Of a stretch of DNA of 64,000 nucleotides, positions 61,543 through 64,000 are shown one piece after another. The stretch's first letter is position 1; every line of letters begins with the position of its first letter. The notes under the pieces were generated by a model. That model did not search any database, was not told where the DNA came from, and saw only the letters and a program-made list of their open reading frames with translations. This DNA is from a virus: IMG/VR virus record IMGVR_UViG_3300045988_060960. One strand, 5' to 3'. The position numbers and the translations under genes are program-made.

Positions 61543-62244
61543 GTGAACAGGAACTCGGCTGATCGCATCATTGTTAAGAGCAACGCTCGTATGCAGCTGG
61601 TTCTCGATTGGTACTTCGAGAACTTCAACTGGCTCGACCGCGAGAAATTTCTGGCCCCTATGGAATCCGGTGTTGTGGAACTTTGCGAGGAGCAGGTCGA
61701 GTTCACGTTCGAGAGCAAGGGCAGCTTCGCGGAGATCGTTGTGTATGTCACAACGAAGCCGAACCTCCCGCCCATCGTGGCGTTCGACTATGACCCGGAG
61801 ACCACCGAAATCCGAAACCGCCGGGTGGCTCCGGCAGGTAGTCAGACTGCGGTGGATTTGGAGCTGCTCAATGTGCTCGTCATGTCGGACAATATGTGCC
61901 GGAAAGAGGCGCAGAAGTATCACGCGCTGATGCTGTTTATGACCCACTACCGGGAGGTGGTCAAGGTCGAGCAGCGAACGGAGCATCGACCTGCGAAGTC
62001 CAAGAAAAAAGGCCGCCACATACGGCGACCGCAGCCCCTCATCCGACGCATCTACACGCTCGGCGATTTCCAGCCGGAGGATTTGCCGAAGCCGGAAGGC
62101 GCCAAGCGCAAGTATACCAAGCCTGAGCACGAGGTCAATATCAGAGGCCACTTGCGGCATTACAAGTCCGGCAAAACTGTGTGGGTGCGTCCCAGCGTTC
62201 GGTACAAGGGAAAGGCTGGGCGACCCAAAGAGTATGAACTGTAA
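61543..62244 (+). CDS. Mirror copy of the 233-aa hypothetical protein
   Basis: Its translation is identical to 59239-59940. Confidence 0.5.
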   Translation: MNRNSADRIIVKSNARMQLVLDWYFENFNWLDREKFLAPMESGVVELCEEQVEFTFESKGSFAEIVVYVTTKPNLPPIVAFDYDPETTEIRNRRVAPAGSQTAVDLELLNVLVMSDNMCRKEAQKYHALMLFMTHYREVVKVEQRTEHRPAKSKKKGRHIRRPQPLIRRIYTLGDFQPEDLPKPEGAKRKYTKPEHEVNIRGHLRHYKSGKTVWVRPSVRYKGKAGRPKEYEL

Positions 62245-62259
62245 GGAGGTGAAAAGGAC

Positions 62260-62802
62260 ATGAAAGGCTTATCTATAAATGACGCCACTCAAAAATGGGT
62301 CCGCGAGTTCAATGCCATTCCGCAGGGTATGATTGAGCGGCTCATGCAGTCTAAGTGCGAGGAGTGGGAGGAGCTGACGTTTCCCAGTGCCGGCAGGCGG
62401 GTTTACGTATTCGATCTGCCCGAAAATTGTGACACGCTGGAACATCTCGGCGAGGTCGTCGCGTATTCCGCGGAGATCGACAAGTACCGTGTGGATCTGG
62501 ATGGAGGACCTTCCATCCTCGTAGAACCGGATAATCTGGAATTGGCAAACGATGATCCGCTCCCCATGTGGGGAACGATGTGGAGCTTCGGAGATTCCTG
62601 CGATGATTACTGGCTCGAAAATGAGGATGGCATTCGTGCGATGTCGGACTGCGGATTCCGAATTTATCACCACGATGAGTGGGGGTACTTCTTCGGAATC
62701 GACGGAGCCGGTTATGATTTCTACGCCGAACATTGGATTCCGCTTTACAAAAAGCGCGGTTTGCAGTGGCACGATTCAACAGTTGGAGGAGGAAACGTGT
62801 GA
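62260..62802 (+). CDS. Mirror copy of the 180-aa hypothetical protein
   Basis: Its translation is identical to 58681-59223. Confidence 0.5.
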   Translation: MKGLSINDATQKWVREFNAIPQGMIERLMQSKCEEWEELTFPSAGRRVYVFDLPENCDTLEHLGEVVAYSAEIDKYRVDLDGGPSILVEPDNLELANDDPLPMWGTMWSFGDSCDDYWLENEDGIRAMSDCGFRIYHHDEWGYFFGIDGAGYDFYAEHWIPLYKKRGLQWHDSTVGGGNV

Positions 62803-63050
62803 TGGAATTTATTAAGTTTATCTTTTCGAGCTTCTGGATCTGGCTCGGTTTTACGGTTCTGGTTTGCTGCGTTTTGAAATACCTGGTTGATCTCGTATCT
62901 GCCCTTCATCCCACTCGGAAAATCACGGTACGCGATCTCACCAATTCGCGTTCCATCGAAATTCAGAACGCCAGCTATACAGACCTGATGCTCGCTCTGG
63001 ACTGCGAAGATGAAAATACTTTTGTGGAGGTTGTAGACAACGATGATTAA
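62802..63050 (+). CDS. Mirror copy of the small membrane protein
   Basis: Its translation is identical to 58433-58681. Confidence 0.45.
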   Translation: MEFIKFIFSSFWIWLGFTVLVCCVLKYLVDLVSALHPTRKITVRDLTNSRSIEIQNASYTDLMLALDCEDENTFVEVVDNDD

Positions 63051-63450
63051 GAATTTTATTCCGCAGCCCTTTGAGGGCGGCAATCCTCTCCCGAACTACG
63101 TGAGCAACGTCAGTGAATACACCCTCGTCGGTACTGTTCCGGGAGGCTACAAAGTTGTTTTAGCTCGGCTCACTGTGGGTGAATCGCTGAGCGCCGGAAA
63201 TCCGCTCGCTCACGCATTGTTCGAGAGCTTCACTGACCACGGCGACCGAGCCAAGGTTTCCAGAACTCGTGTGAGCGGGTATGACCGCGAGTTCATTGCG
63301 GTTCGCAGTGCGATGAGTGAGACCGGCGTGGAGTTCTTGCCGGCGCTTTCTTGCCCCTGCGAGGTGATCCTGACCGAGTTCGGGAACTGGATCATGGCGC
63401 AGAACCCTGAAATTCAAGGGGTCTCCGTCGTGTCACAAAGCTGTCATTGA
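63043..63450 (+). CDS. Mirror copy of the 135-aa hypothetical protein
   Basis: Its translation is identical to 58033-58440. Confidence 0.5.
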   Translation: MIKNFIPQPFEGGNPLPNYVSNVSEYTLVGTVPGGYKVVLARLTVGESLSAGNPLAHALFESFTDHGDRAKVSRTRVSGYDREFIAVRSAMSETGVEFLPALSCPCEVILTEFGNWIMAQNPEIQGVSVVSQSCH

Positions 63451-63474
63451 CCTGTCATTTAAGGGGGTGCTATA

Positions 63475-63945
63475 ATGATACCATCGGATTTCATAGTTAC
63501 ACACGCGCCGATGCACCTGCGATTGGAGATTCGGAAGAAATGCAATTTCTTCTGGCTCCGAGACATTCGGGACGTTGACATCTCGCAATGCTGCGCCAAG
63601 TGTTTTATCGGCGAGAAGGACAACCGGGTCTACTACGGAACACTGCACAAATCGCAGGCCGTTGTTGACATCATGGTGGGGCAAAGCCCGCGAGCGAAAG
63701 CGTATTATCTTTGCGGGCTGAGCGATGGTTTTGTGTGGGAGTTGAATACGCACGTCGCGTTTGTGCCGGACAGCAATTCGGAAGTTCACATCGAAAACGA
63801 CAGAATCAAGCTCGACATCACAAACGCCCGCAGAATTCACTTCTGGGACTATGTTCCGAATCCGCCCGGAGTTTATACAAAGTCTCAGCGGACCTGCCGA
63901 AACTGGATATTTGCGAATTACTTGAAGGATGGGATGCCATTATGA
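63475..63945 (+). CDS. Mirror copy of the Cys-containing family protein (paralog 3)
   Basis: Its translation is identical to 57538-58008. Confidence 0.5.
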   Translation: MIPSDFIVTHAPMHLRLEIRKKCNFFWLRDIRDVDISQCCAKCFIGEKDNRVYYGTLHKSQAVVDIMVGQSPRAKAYYLCGLSDGFVWELNTHVAFVPDSNSEVHIENDRIKLDITNARRIHFWDYVPNPPGVYTKSQRTCRNWIFANYLKDGMPL

Positions 63946-64000
63946 TCGTGAGCGCAAGTAGACGGACGGACATCCCGGCTTTGTTCTCCGAGTGGTTTTA
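63942..64000 (+). CDS. Mirror copy of the DUF1848-like gene, 5' fragment truncated by the window end
   Basis: It begins ATGATCGTGAGCGCAAGTAGACGG = MIVSASRR. Confidence 0.5.
   Translation, partial: MIVSASRRTDIPALFSEWF

Larger units (their letters stand above)
57483..64000. repeat. Perfect inverted duplication (palindrome), arms 57483-60741 and 60742-64000, zero spacer; the right arm is cut by the window end
   Basis: All ORFs of 57538-60588 recur with identical translations on the opposite strand at 60895-63945. Mirrored coordinates sum to 121483. The centre reads cacacggggta|taccccgtgtg. The last 58 nt of the window are the reverse complement of 57483-57540. Confidence 0.95.

Noticed and set aside
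1-64000. A search by eye for tRNA, rRNA, tmRNA or a protelomerase/transposase gene.
   Set aside because: I recognised nothing convincing. The only recombinase seen is the serine integrase. A tRNAscan or Infernal run would be needed to exclude small RNAs formally.

Overview
Almost the whole window is one temperate, contractile-tailed phage or prophage. Its tail and lysis genes follow PBSX xkdK-to-xkdX-like synteny. Strong GGAGG ribosome-binding sites and the gene families suggest a moderately GC-rich Firmicute/Clostridia-type host; that host call is inference only.

Gene order:
- 1-7207 (minus strand): early/accessory operon with a MazF-like toxin, an M20/M28-like peptidase and a large CxxC-rich protein.
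- 7266-18411 (plus): replication module with a SleB-like lipoprotein, a DUF2800-like nuclease, a DUF2815-like SSB, a family A DNA polymerase, a VirE-type primase/helicase, VRR-NUC, an SNF2 helicase and an ArpU/sigma-like regulator.
- 18893-21727: lysogeny switch (divergent XRE genes) plus a large serine integrase.
- 21778-53059 (minus): lysis genes, a diversity-generating retroelement (DGR) that diversifies a tail-fibre tip, tail fibres, baseplate, tape measure, tube/sheath, head, and terminase.
- 53052-58008: three tandem ParB-N proteins (one fused to a class I methyltransferase), followed by a three-gene cassette of a Cys-rich 145-aa family protein, a DUF1848-like protein and a miniature SAM synthetase.

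Observations I rank highest:
1. The SAM / DUF1848 / ParB cluster. It is my best candidate for an undescribed nucleic-acid modification or counter-defence system.
2. A 313-bp non-coding element bounded by 10-bp terminal inverted repeats. It occurs twice in opposite orientation, and each copy carries 7-8 copies of TGAAACAT.
3. A Cys-containing protein family of about 145 aa present in three divergent copies, each coupled to a different partner gene.
4. A complete DGR with no recognisable Avd gene, whose RT catalytic box reads YMDN.
5. A perfect zero-spacer palindrome (57483-60741 mirrored at 60742-64000). It runs off the window edge and may be an assembly fold-back rather than biology.

Everything here is manual reading of the sequence and the ORF track. 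No database searches were run, and family names are from memory of conserved motifs.
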